Shown here piece by piece: positions 49,743-58,965 of a stretch of 64,000 bases of DNA; within the stretch, counting starts at the first letter, position 1; the number at the start of each line of letters is the position of its first letter. The DNA lies in NCBI GenBank assembly GCA_034439575.1, contig JAWXAQ010000027.1, positions 352,001-416,000 on the forward strand, given 5' to 3'. Source of the stretch: Leptospira sp. (GTDB taxonomy: Bacteria > Spirochaetota > Leptospiria > Leptospirales > Leptospiraceae). Made by a program: the position numbers and the translations under genes. The notes under the pieces are model-generated. The model was not told the DNA's origin. It did not search any database and saw only the letters and a list, made by a program, of their open reading frames with translations.

Positions 49743-52700
49743 ATGAATTTTCTTTAGTTCTGTTTTTTCTAAAAATTCTCTAAAAATAGGGAACACATCT
49801 TCTTCAACATTTTTTCCCATAAAGACATCTTGGTGCCCATATCCTGGAAATTCATGATAATGATATAGCTCATTTGAATATCCGCTTAACTGTTTATAGG
49901 CGTAGTGATTCGAATCAGTAAAAACTTTATTTTCACTGCCTGATACAAACAGAATGGGGATTTGATTTGTTTCAAAGCCTTGTGTTAAATCATTTGGAAT
50001 CGAATGAAACCTTTCTTCAGAAGAAAAATATTTTAATGGTCTTCCTGCCTTTGCCATTTTTAAAACATGTTTATAAAAATTAAGACTTGTCCCTCCAAAG
50101 AGATCCTTCAATCGATCATGGGTGACTTCCAACATATTTTTATGATTGAAAAGTGCTGAACTTCCACTTCCCCACATAAAACTTAACATATGACAGGCAG
50201 CATTATCACATTCATGATGAAAGAGAGAATTCCCATAAGAAACTATTCCTTGTAACCAATCTTTTTTTTCCAAGGCGTCTGGTTCTACCACAGGCAAACG
50301 TAAAACATCTTCTAAAAGACCACTTTGAATGAGAGATTCTAATTTCAATTGGGCAAAAAACGGAACCCTACAATATAAGGAGACGGAGTTGGAAATCACA
50401 GCATCTACTTTCGATTGTAGCCCAGAAAAAAGGGACATCATAAAACTAACAGAACCTAAACAATGGCAAATGACATTTAACTTTGAAATATTTCCAATTT
50501 TTTCTCTAATAAAATTGGTAACGAGTGGCATATCATAAAGTGCAACGTGCTCAAAAGAATATTCGTGTTTGGTGAGATTATACGGTAACCTGCCACTCAT
50601 CCTAAAATCATATAACCAAACAGTATAACCCAAGTTCAAAAAATAATTAGTGATATTGTTGTGTTCTGGCATAATGAACATATCACTCGAAGAAGTAAGG
50701 CCGTGGATCAAAAGAATTGAATTTGAAGTCGAATTTTTACGCTTTGCACATCGCAAATTCAAAGCTAAATGGTCTTCTGTAATCAATGTATAACTTTCTA
50801 TACTCGCATTTTTGACCCCGATATCGGAATGTTTGGGTATTGTTGTATTTTTTACGATTAAATCATTTGGTTTTCGAAGTTTAATATTTGGTGTATAAGT
50901 TTTCAAAACATTAGAAAGAAAAAAGTTTCCAAATTCAAAAATGCTTTTATTTTGATCAAAAAAATTCATTCCATTTGTCGCTCGTAAGGTATTCAGATTA
51001 TAGTTAATAAAATCACTTGCACCTACCTTGGCGATTCCTGAACCAATAAACTCTTCTGAATTATTTGTTAATTGAAAAATTTGAAATTTTAAAGTGGTAA
51101 GTTCCTCCCACGAATTTAAAAAATTTCCCAACTTTAATTCTTTTTTACCTTTTAATAAATAGATTTTTCCTTCCGAAGAAATAAATTGAATGTTATAATT
51201 GAAAAATTTAATATTGGATTGATTTCTTTCTTCTGTAAATTGAGAAAACTCACCTTCTAAAATTCGCATTTTCCCTTTTGTATCAATTAACGGGCATTCT
51301 ATGAAGCCAGAAAGTTTTCCTACAGCTTTTTCGGAAACAAAAGAAATTGTATTTGGAATGTTAACACTCATTTCCATGGAGATGGCATTGACCAATCCTT
51401 TATTCTGACCTTGGAGAAAGGCACTTTCTTCATTTTTTTCATTTAAAAAAAGATAACCTACAAATTTTTCTTCAAATCGAATACCAACAGTATGTTTTTC
51501 CTTTATGGAATCTTGGTAATTAAATAATCTTCTAGCGTTTGTTATTACATGTTCATTGTTTTGGATTTTAATTAAATTATTTTCTTTAAAAATTAGCATT
51601 GCTCGTTCGGCTATAGCTGAAATTGTTAATAGGGGATTGATTCCTAGAGAAGTCGGCAAAACGCTTGCATCGATCACATATAATCCAGAATGAACGTTAT
51701 CCTTTGATGTGGTATCAAAAACTTGCAAATTATGATTCACGACTCCTTTTTCCATAGTATCACCCATGACAGCGCCGCCTATAGGATGGACAGACATAGG
51801 ACTCCTTGTGCCAATATCTTTATAATCAATAAAATCACCATCATGCAAATCTATGAGATTTTTCATATCATCTAACATATTTACTATGTTTGGTTGGTTC
51901 GCATAATCTGGCCAATGGACATACCCTTCAGCGTTATAAACATCTTTATCATTATCAAGCGTAAGAAATCCCCGGCTCCCATCATGACCAACACCTAAAA
52001 GTAAACTTACATTGTGTAAAATTGGATTTCTAATGCCTTTTGTCAGATTATTAAATATTGAATTTACCAATTCACTTTGGTTAGATGAAAGTCTTTCATT
52101 TCGAATGCTTCCCGCAAGCCAGTAAAAAAAATAAAAATCGCTAAAAATGCCAGGAAAAGTGGCATCTTCGATCACATAACTTTTTTTCCAATCTGAATTT
52201 CTTTTGTCTATCATGGCAGTGATCGTTGGACCTACTTTATGACCATACCTTACAAACAAACGTGTTCCGAAATTTACGAATGGAGTATGCCTTCTGTCTT
52301 TTTTATCAGACCTGTTTGAGAATCGGCGCTCTAGTTCTGTTCTTCTATTTGGTCTTATCCCTTTTTCGAATCCAACTTGATTGACTGGTAAACTCAAATT
52401 TAATCCACAAGAAATCAATCCACTATTTCCTGAGAAAGATTTTCCTAATTTAGGAGAAAACATAAGATTTGTTAATTTTTGTGTTCTTTGCAATAAAGCA
52501 GGCGAACCAATTCCACCAGCAGCAATGATTAGTGTTTCACAAAGACTAACTTGCAATAAAGATTCCTCTATTTTTTCTTTTCCATCTTCTAATACCTGAT
52601 AGAAAACTAAATATTTCTCGTTTGCTAATTTTTCAAAATGACTGACATAAATTTTAGTAAAAATCTCAGCTCCATTGTTTTTTGCTAAAGCAAGATAATT

Positions 52701-53357
52701 TTTATCCAATGAATTTTTTGCATCATAATTGCAACCTGTATTACAATTTCCACAAGAGGTGCATGTTGATTGATACACCTTATGTTCGTTTAATCCTGGT
52801 TCTTTGAAATGGATGCTTAATTTTAAATTTTTAAAAATCGTTCCTTGTTTTTCTGCACTATCCTTTAGTAATTCATTTTTTTTTAGCGGGGGAAATCCTG
52901 GTTTGCCAGAGGGATATTGTCCTCCTCCAAGCATTTTTTCTGCCAATACAAATCCTTTTTCCAAACGATCATCAATATCACTCAAAAATAATTTTGGCCA
53001 ATGAGTTCCCTCATACACTTCTTTGTTAGGTTTTGCAATCACTCCTGCATTGATTAATGATCCCCCACCTAATCCTGATCCTGTGAGAACATGCAATCCA
53101 TCAAACATTTTATAATCAAATAATGCCGTTTTTTTGTTCATATTTAAAGGTGTTGAATTGATAGAAAGGTTTTGAAAAACTCCATTTATGTCGGAAGGGA
53201 ATTCCCCTTGTGAGTATTCTTTTCCTTTTTCTAAAATACATACAGAAAGTCCAAATTCAGATAATCGAGCGGCAGAGACTGAACCACCGTAACCGGATCC
53301 AACCACAATTACGTCATACGAAGATTTTATAGAAGAAGGGGGTAATGATAATTTCAT
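49725..53357 (-). CDS. Cholesterol-oxidase-like GMC oxidoreductase fused to an alpha/beta hydrolase
   Basis: GSGYGG, GLGGGSLINAGV, CTSCGNCNTGC, HPIGG, GINP.LTI.A.AER; C-terminal LIHG, CHCLG and GYGHQD. Confidence 0.88.
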   Translation of the reverse strand: MKLSLPPSSIKSSYDVIVVGSGYGGSVSAARLSEFGLSVCILEKGKEYSQGEFPSDINGVFQNLSINSTPLNMNKKTALFDYKMFDGLHVLTGSGLGGGSLINAGVIAKPNKEVYEGTHWPKLFLSDIDDRLEKGFVLAEKMLGGGQYPSGKPGFPPLKKNELLKDSAEKQGTIFKNLKLSIHFKEPGLNEHKVYQSTCTSCGNCNTGCNYDAKNSLDKNYLALAKNNGAEIFTKIYVSHFEKLANEKYLVFYQVLEDGKEKIEESLLQVSLCETLIIAAGGIGSPALLQRTQKLTNLMFSPKLGKSFSGNSGLISCGLNLSLPVNQVGFEKGIRPNRRTELERRFSNRSDKKDRRHTPFVNFGTRLFVRYGHKVGPTITAMIDKRNSDWKKSYVIEDATFPGIFSDFYFFYWLAGSIRNERLSSNQSELVNSIFNNLTKGIRNPILHNVSLLLGVGHDGSRGFLTLDNDKDVYNAEGYVHWPDYANQPNIVNMLDDMKNLIDLHDGDFIDYKDIGTRSPMSVHPIGGAVMGDTMEKGVVNHNLQVFDTTSKDNVHSGLYVIDASVLPTSLGINPLLTISAIAERAMLIFKENNLIKIQNNEHVITNARRLFNYQDSIKEKHTVGIRFEEKFVGYLFLNEKNEESAFLQGQNKGLVNAISMEMSVNIPNTISFVSEKAVGKLSGFIECPLIDTKGKMRILEGEFSQFTEERNQSNIKFFNYNIQFISSEGKIYLLKGKKELKLGNFLNSWEELTTLKFQIFQLTNNSEEFIGSGIAKVGASDFINYNLNTLRATNGMNFFDQNKSIFEFGNFFLSNVLKTYTPNIKLRKPNDLIVKNTTIPKHSDIGVKNASIESYTLITEDHLALNLRCAKRKNSTSNSILLIHGLTSSSDMFIMPEHNNITNYFLNLGYTVWLYDFRMSGRLPYNLTKHEYSFEHVALYDMPLVTNFIREKIGNISKLNVICHCLGSVSFMMSLFSGLQSKVDAVISNSVSLYCRVPFFAQLKLESLIQSGLLEDVLRLPVVEPDALEKKDWLQGIVSYGNSLFHHECDNAACHMLSFMWGSGSSALFNHKNMLEVTHDRLKDLFGGTSLNFYKHVLKMAKAGRPLKYFSSEERFHSIPNDLTQGFETNQIPILFVSGSENKVFTDSNHYAYKQLSGYSNELYHYHEFPGYGHQDVFMGKNVEEDVFPIFREFLEKTELKKIHKGLSF

Positions 53358-53453
53358 AAATTATTTAATCAATATAATTCAAGTGTTATAGGAACAGAAA
53401 AAAAAACTTCCTTTGCGGCTTTTGATGTTAAATTTGGTAACAAATGATAGGAT

Positions 53454-53918
53454 ATGAAAATGAAATTCATTGAGGTATATTCGGAAATTCAGATAAATGC
53501 CAATAAAGAAAATTTATGGCAGATTTTGACCACTCCAAATGAATATAATGATTGGAATCCGTTTATCAAACAAATTTTCGGTAAGTTAGAGTTAAATGAA
53601 CACATTTTAGAAATCGCTTATGCAAATGATTTTTTATTTTTACCATTTGAAATGGTAATAAAATCTTTTAAACCTAACTATGAATTGGTATATGAGTCGC
53701 CAAAGTCTATATTAGGCGAACCGTTTTTTTTTGGACATCATCGATATTTATTGGAAGAAACTGCTCAGGGCCATGTGTTATTTTCACATACGGCTTTGTT
53801 TAGCGGGCTTATTGCCTTAGTACAAAGAGAGCATATTCTAACAAAGGTAAAAGCAAAACACGAAGAAATGAATTCTGCTCTGAAGCTCAGAGCAGAATCT
53901 ACTAATGCGAAATTCTAA
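53454..53918 (+). CDS. SRPBCC/polyketide cyclase-like ligand-binding protein
   Basis: EIQINA..E.LWQILT....Y.DWNPFI, GHHRY, FSG, MNSALK.RAE. Confidence 0.85.
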   Translation: MKMKFIEVYSEIQINANKENLWQILTTPNEYNDWNPFIKQIFGKLELNEHILEIAYANDFLFLPFEMVIKSFKPNYELVYESPKSILGEPFFFGHHRYLLEETAQGHVLFSHTALFSGLIALVQREHILTKVKAKHEEMNSALKLRAESTNAKF

Positions 53919-53927
53919 TATCAAATA

Positions 53928-55370
53928 TCAAAAACCAAATTTTTTAAGAGCATCTCCACCAGGAATTTTTTTCAATTCATCACCGATTTTACCTTTAATC
54001 GCGCCCTTAATGGCACCACCTAATAAATCACTCATTGAACCAATTTCGACTCCTAGAGTCACATTTGGATTACGAATGTCGCCTGAAGTTTTAAAGGGAA
54101 TATTGATCCTTTCATTTTTTATTAAACTACCAAGAACTTTATTTCGCAATTCTTTCGGATCGCCACTTCCTTTTGTCGCATCTTTGATTTTGGCGTCTAC
54201 TCCTGCGATGGATTTTTTAGATTCATCTTCGTCGTATAACATGCCCATTTTCATTTCATGTTGGTTGTTAGTAACAATCAGATAAGAACCTTTATTGATT
54301 TGAAGGTCGTAATTTTTTGTCGGGAAGGTAGGTTCATCTAAGAAGGTAATTTTACCATCTGCGTAGGAGATTTTGAAACTAACATCTTTTTTGAGTTCTG
54401 ATTTTTCTTTCAGTTTATCGAGTTTAAGACCAGCTTGATTTAACATTGGCAATTCGCCAGCTATTGCATCAAATGCCGCAAATCCAGAAAGGAATGAATC
54501 TTCTTCCATAGTCACATTGTAAACTACACTTGGATTCACAAGTCCTGATTTCACTACGAACGGCTGTAAGTCGCCTTCTGTATCAAGTAAAAACTTGGCA
54601 GCTTCTTGTTTGCTTTTACCTATAATTGTAACATCTGCATCAAATTTAACACCTACATGATTATGACTTTCTAAATCACTGCCATCGATGTCAATGTCCG
54701 ATAGTTTAAAGTTAAGTCCTTTAATTTGGATGACTTGTCCTGTTTTTTTCATGGTGACTTGAATATCACCTTTTTCTGCACCAACCACACCCATTTTTAT
54801 AGCAACAGGAATATCTTTGGCAGTAAATGGCTCAGAGGGTTCGTCTTTTGCCGCACGTCTTTCTTCTTCAGCTTCTCTTTTTCTTTCCGCAATGGCTTCC
54901 GGTGTAAGAGCAGGGTTTGGTTCTCCATTCACAATTGCTGGAGCTTTAAAAAGAGTAGTTAAATTGTTTCCACCATTTTCGAACATGATAAAAGATACTT
55001 TAGGTTCTGAGATCAAAAGTTTTTTAAGTTCGAATTTTTTCATTAATATACCAAGTAACGAAAGTTTAATGTCTGCCTTTCCGATTGATATAACAGCTGA
55101 TTTTAATTCTTTACGATCTGCAAGGGGTGTTCCTTTGTCTGCAACATCGTCTCTATAGGTTAGTTGAATGCCTTCCACTTCGACACTAGATAGTGCGCTA
55201 AATAGATTTATATTTACCTTTGTTATATTTGCCCTTACATTGATCGCGGATTCAATTTGTTTTACCAAAAATTCATTGGTTAAAAAACTACCAGCAAATA
55301 CGAGAGCGACAACAAGGATAAAGATGAGAAGGCCAAAAAAGCCTCCTACACCGATAAGGATTTTTTTCAT
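53928..55370 (-). CDS. AsmA family protein
   Basis: N-terminal anchor MKKILIG..., beta-rich AsmA-like N-terminus, C-terminal IPF..SG...NPNV. Confidence 0.75.
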   Translation of the reverse strand: MKKILIGVGGFFGLLIFILVVALVFAGSFLTNEFLVKQIESAINVRANITKVNINLFSALSSVEVEGIQLTYRDDVADKGTPLADRKELKSAVISIGKADIKLSLLGILMKKFELKKLLISEPKVSFIMFENGGNNLTTLFKAPAIVNGEPNPALTPEAIAERKREAEEERRAAKDEPSEPFTAKDIPVAIKMGVVGAEKGDIQVTMKKTGQVIQIKGLNFKLSDIDIDGSDLESHNHVGVKFDADVTIIGKSKQEAAKFLLDTEGDLQPFVVKSGLVNPSVVYNVTMEEDSFLSGFAAFDAIAGELPMLNQAGLKLDKLKEKSELKKDVSFKISYADGKITFLDEPTFPTKNYDLQINKGSYLIVTNNQHEMKMGMLYDEDESKKSIAGVDAKIKDATKGSGDPKELRNKVLGSLIKNERINIPFKTSGDIRNPNVTLGVEIGSMSDLLGGAIKGAIKGKIGDELKKIPGGDALKKFGF

Positions 55371-55444
55371 GAGAATCTCCTAAAGTAAATGGTTACAAAA
55401 TGAAAGAAGAGTCTTTGAAAAATGAATGAAAGTAAAGAAAAAAA

Positions 55445-55870
55445 TTAAAGGAATCTAACAGAACTGATAGTATCAGAAAGCTTTTGGAACATAGAGTCAT
55501 CTATCGGATCATCCGTATTGTACGTTGCAAGAAGCATCTGTCTTTCATTTGCCAGCACATAAACTAGCCAATTCCGACCATCTTTATCAAATTCGCAGGC
55601 TCGGATGGAAGTGCCTTCGTTATTTTCAAATTCGGCTACTTTGTCTTCTTCAAAGTCTATTTCATGGATTTTGAGGTAATTTGCTAATTCAAAATTGACA
55701 TCAAATTTTTCCACTTTGGATTCAAAGGCATAGAATTGGAGGGCACCGCCAGCTTCTGGGTCGAAGAAAGCAGGTATCTCTTCGACGACGATATGTTCCC
55801 AATCAGCCGGATACAGTAAAGAATACCACCCTTGGGGTGAGCGAAATTGTTTGAACATGGGCTTTGCCAT
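55445..55870 (-). CDS. DUF3805/PsbP-like protein
   Basis: FRSPQGWYSLLYPADW...GALQF...ISSVRF; start trimmed to avoid overlap with the divergent gene. Confidence 0.65.
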   Translation of the reverse strand: MAKPMFKQFRSPQGWYSLLYPADWEHIVVEEIPAFFDPEAGGALQFYAFESKVEKFDVNFELANYLKIHEIDFEEDKVAEFENNEGTSIRACEFDKDGRNWLVYVLANERQMLLATYNTDDPIDDSMFQKLSDTISSVRFL

Positions 55871-55925
55871 ATTTGTTTTAGAAATCCCTTTTCTTTCCAA
55901 GAATCCTATAGATATATGACAGTAA

Positions 55926-56987
55926 ATGATTTTGTGTTCGCTTAAAGTAAAAGGGAGATTCTTTTTAGTTTTCCTTATTTTTTTTGCAAGCAAGGCATCC
56001 AACCTTAGTGCCCAATTTGTGGGCTATACGGATGCACCTTCCTCGGCCTATGCCAGTGGTCTTTTTTCTCAAGGTGTCGGCATCCGCGATTTAAATGCAA
56101 ATTTAAATGGCAATCCAGCTTTTCTTAGTTACCACAAACAACACATTGTGGAAGCAGGTGTTCACGGTGCGCAGTCCAAACAAACGACATCTAATGCTTT
56201 GTTATTTGGAGGGGGATATTATGCGATTTCAGAATCATTTGGAATTGGAGCTCGCATTAAGCCTGTTATTTCTAGATTTAATCCTGCGGAAGAGAGGATA
56301 TTTAATTACACTGGCCAATTAGTTCTTAGTTATATGGTTACCGAATGGATGTACCTTGGATTCGGTATTGGTCCGAGCGTAACAAATCGAATCGGTGGTT
56401 ATAGTAATTATTCATTGAATGTATTTGGCTCAATGGGATTTATATATAAATCTTTCACCTTAGGTTTCTTAGCCGAAAGCCCCGGTGCCAATTCTTTTGA
56501 AGTTTATCTTGGTTCAGAAAAGTTGAAGGAAAAATATCCCGAAAAACTTTCTATTGGATTACAATATGATATAAATTCCACTTTCTTTTTCTATACGGAA
56601 TTGCAACGAACATTCTGGGAACGAATCACATTTTCTTTAAATGGTCTGGATGAAAATCCAAATTTTTTACCAAAAAATAGTATTTCAGGAAGTTTCGGCG
56701 GAGGCATTCATATATTAAAAAATACTAATTTACTAATGGGTGTTTCCCGTTTTGCGAATGCCTTAGCAAACGGAAGTTTGGATCCCGTGTACGGCGCATC
56801 TATCGGTTTCAAAACGGAAATTTTTCCTTCTCTTTTTGGTGAAGGTTTATTTGGAAGTTTCTATGTCCAAAGGACTAAGATCCGAAAGACAATTGAACCC
56901 TATGATGCAGAAACTCGCTTCGGGTTTCAATTTACTTCTCAATTCAATGCAACGACAAAGGCCGAAGAAAATATGCCCAAAAATTAG
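55926..56987 (+). CDS. Putative outer-membrane beta-barrel protein (FadL/PorV-like)
   Basis: Signal peptide, NPAFL motif, alternating aromatic/Gly beta strands. Confidence 0.6.
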   Translation: MILCSLKVKGRFFLVFLIFFASKASNLSAQFVGYTDAPSSAYASGLFSQGVGIRDLNANLNGNPAFLSYHKQHIVEAGVHGAQSKQTTSNALLFGGGYYAISESFGIGARIKPVISRFNPAEERIFNYTGQLVLSYMVTEWMYLGFGIGPSVTNRIGGYSNYSLNVFGSMGFIYKSFTLGFLAESPGANSFEVYLGSEKLKEKYPEKLSIGLQYDINSTFFFYTELQRTFWERITFSLNGLDENPNFLPKNSISGSFGGGIHILKNTNLLMGVSRFANALANGSLDPVYGASIGFKTEIFPSLFGEGLFGSFYVQRTKIRKTIEPYDAETRFGFQFTSQFNATTKAEENMPKN

Positions 56988-56994
56988 GCATATT
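56970..56994. promoter_or_regulatory. Palindrome with TGC-N11-GCA core, candidate enhancer (bEBP) site
   Basis: AATATGCCCAA-AAA-TTAGGCATATT (10/11 arm match), about 113 bp upstream of the -24 GG. Confidence 0.5.
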
Positions 56995-57093
56995 GCCAAG
57001 TTATGTCAATATTAGATTCTGTTGATGTTTAATCTATAAACACAATGTAGAAATATTCAGGATAAATTGGCATTCTTCCGCGTCTTGCTTAAA

Positions 57094-57109
57094 CGGTACA
57101 GTTTTTGCA
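57094..57109 (+). promoter_or_regulatory. Sigma54 (-24/-12) promoter
   Basis: CGGTACAGTTTTTGCA with exact GG-N10-GC spacing, upstream of an amtB-containing operon. Confidence 0.7.
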
Positions 57110-57135
57110 ACGCATAATAGATAAAGGTGTCATCA

Positions 57136-58956
57136 ATGGTTGATTTCAAAGTATCAAAACGAATGCTCGTCAACTTCCGCGGACAAAACAAAGTCGTGGG
57201 AGGATTAACAGACAAAGATAAAATTGCGATCCTTCTCTATATCTCGAAAGAATTTGCAAACTTGGATAAAGAGGATCAGCTTTTTTCAAAGGTAATGCTG
57301 ATATGCCAAGAAATTTTTGAATCCGACAACACAACATTACGTTTGTGGGACGGTGAATTTTTAGTTCCTGTCAAATTTGTGAAAGAAACTGAACCCCCAA
57401 GAAGAAATTTAAAGTTAGGTGAAGGATATTCTGGAACTGTTTTTGAAAGTCGTAAACCTATTCTCGTAAACGATCTGAGTAGATCTCCAGATTTTATTGA
57501 TGAAGGGGAAAAAACAAGATCGGTAATGTGTGTTCCTATTATGCAAAAAGACGAAAGTCTTGGAACATTGGCCGTAGAGAGCAATAGAGAAAATTTTTAT
57601 TTGTTAGACGACTTAGAAATTTTGGAAGCATTGACTTCCCAATTGGCACTTGCCTTATCAGGCGTTCGATTAATAGAAGGCCTTGTTACCGCACGTGCCA
57701 GAGAGGCTGCCATTTTAAACCAATTAGAATGGGATTTGAAAATGGGAAGGAATGTCCAAAGTCAAATTCTTCCTCAAGACTTAAGTGCTTGGAACGGCGT
57801 TTATTTCGCAACCCATTACGAACCTATGGCGGAAGTCAGTGGGGATCTAGTCGATATAGTTCGCCAAGGTCATTCGTTAACAGCGATTAATATAGATGTT
57901 TCTGGTCATGGAATACCTGCAGCTCTCGTTACAATGGCGATTCACCACCAATTTCGCAGATCTGTTATGGCCGGTCTTGGCCTTACGGAAATTATGGAAG
58001 AACTGGGTGAAAATTTAAGAGAACAATTACCAGAATCTACGTATTTCACTGCATTTATGGTGAGAATTTTTAGCGATTATACCTTTGGTTATGTGAATGC
58101 TGGACACCAAAGAATGTTACATTATAAAGCGGCAGATGATATTTTTATTTCATATGATACTAAAGGTGTCCCACTCGGGATTCTTCCTGTCAGAAAAACG
58201 GATTATGAAGAAAAACAAGGAAAACTAGATGCAGGGGATTTTCTTCTTCTCATTTCCGATGGATTTAGTGAACAAAGGAATGCGAATAAAGAAGAGGTCG
58301 GAGTTGATAGACTTCAATCTTGGTTACACGAAGAACGGGAAAAATTAATTCAAACAACAAGGGGCAGAGTGGATGTAAAAATACTCTCTCAAAATTTTTT
58401 GAATCGATTTCGAGCTTATTACGGGGATACTAAAATCGGTGATGATCTTTCTTATTTATTTTTATATTGTAGTGATTCGTTACCAGAAGCTTCGCATTAT
58501 ATTCATATGGCGAAACAAGCGAACGCTAAACAAAAGACAGACGATGCTTATGCATTAGCATCCAAAGCCTACTCAATTGATCCATCTCTCAAAGAAACCT
58601 TGATGTTCCTCGGAAAGATTAATTACCGAGACGGTAATTTTGTAGAATCGATTCGGTATTTAGAAGCGTATCTTAAAACTTCAGGCGATAATACTGCTAG
58701 TTCTTATTTTATGATGGGCCGTGCATATTACAAAGCGGGAAAAATATCAGAAGCAAAGAGAGCTTTGAAAATGGCTCTTTCTTCAGATCATTCGTTTGGA
58801 AAGGCAAGTATCTTACTTGCACAATGTTATTTGAAAGAAAATGCGAAACCTAAGGCGATTAAGGTATTACAACAAGGTGTCAAAAATACACCGCAAAACA
58901 CAGAATTAAAGGCATCTCTAATCAAATTAGAGAATGTTTCGCAAAAAGCTAGTTAA
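57136..58956 (+). CDS. GAF + SpoIIE/PP2C phosphatase + TPR protein
   Basis: GEGYSG...SVMCVPI GAF; VSGD, DVSGHGIPAA, NAGH, SDG, DDLS; C-terminal TPRs. Confidence 0.9.
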   Translation: MVDFKVSKRMLVNFRGQNKVVGGLTDKDKIAILLYISKEFANLDKEDQLFSKVMLICQEIFESDNTTLRLWDGEFLVPVKFVKETEPPRRNLKLGEGYSGTVFESRKPILVNDLSRSPDFIDEGEKTRSVMCVPIMQKDESLGTLAVESNRENFYLLDDLEILEALTSQLALALSGVRLIEGLVTARAREAAILNQLEWDLKMGRNVQSQILPQDLSAWNGVYFATHYEPMAEVSGDLVDIVRQGHSLTAINIDVSGHGIPAALVTMAIHHQFRRSVMAGLGLTEIMEELGENLREQLPESTYFTAFMVRIFSDYTFGYVNAGHQRMLHYKAADDIFISYDTKGVPLGILPVRKTDYEEKQGKLDAGDFLLLISDGFSEQRNANKEEVGVDRLQSWLHEEREKLIQTTRGRVDVKILSQNFLNRFRAYYGDTKIGDDLSYLFLYCSDSLPEASHYIHMAKQANAKQKTDDAYALASKAYSIDPSLKETLMFLGKINYRDGNFVESIRYLEAYLKTSGDNTASSYFMMGRAYYKAGKISEAKRALKMALSSDHSFGKASILLAQCYLKENAKPKAIKVLQQGVKNTPQNTELKASLIKLENVSQKAS

Positions 58957-58965
58957 GGATAAATT

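Noticed and set aside
57067-57082. Second sigma54-like TTGGCA element
   Set aside because: GG-to-GC spacing is 9, not 10.
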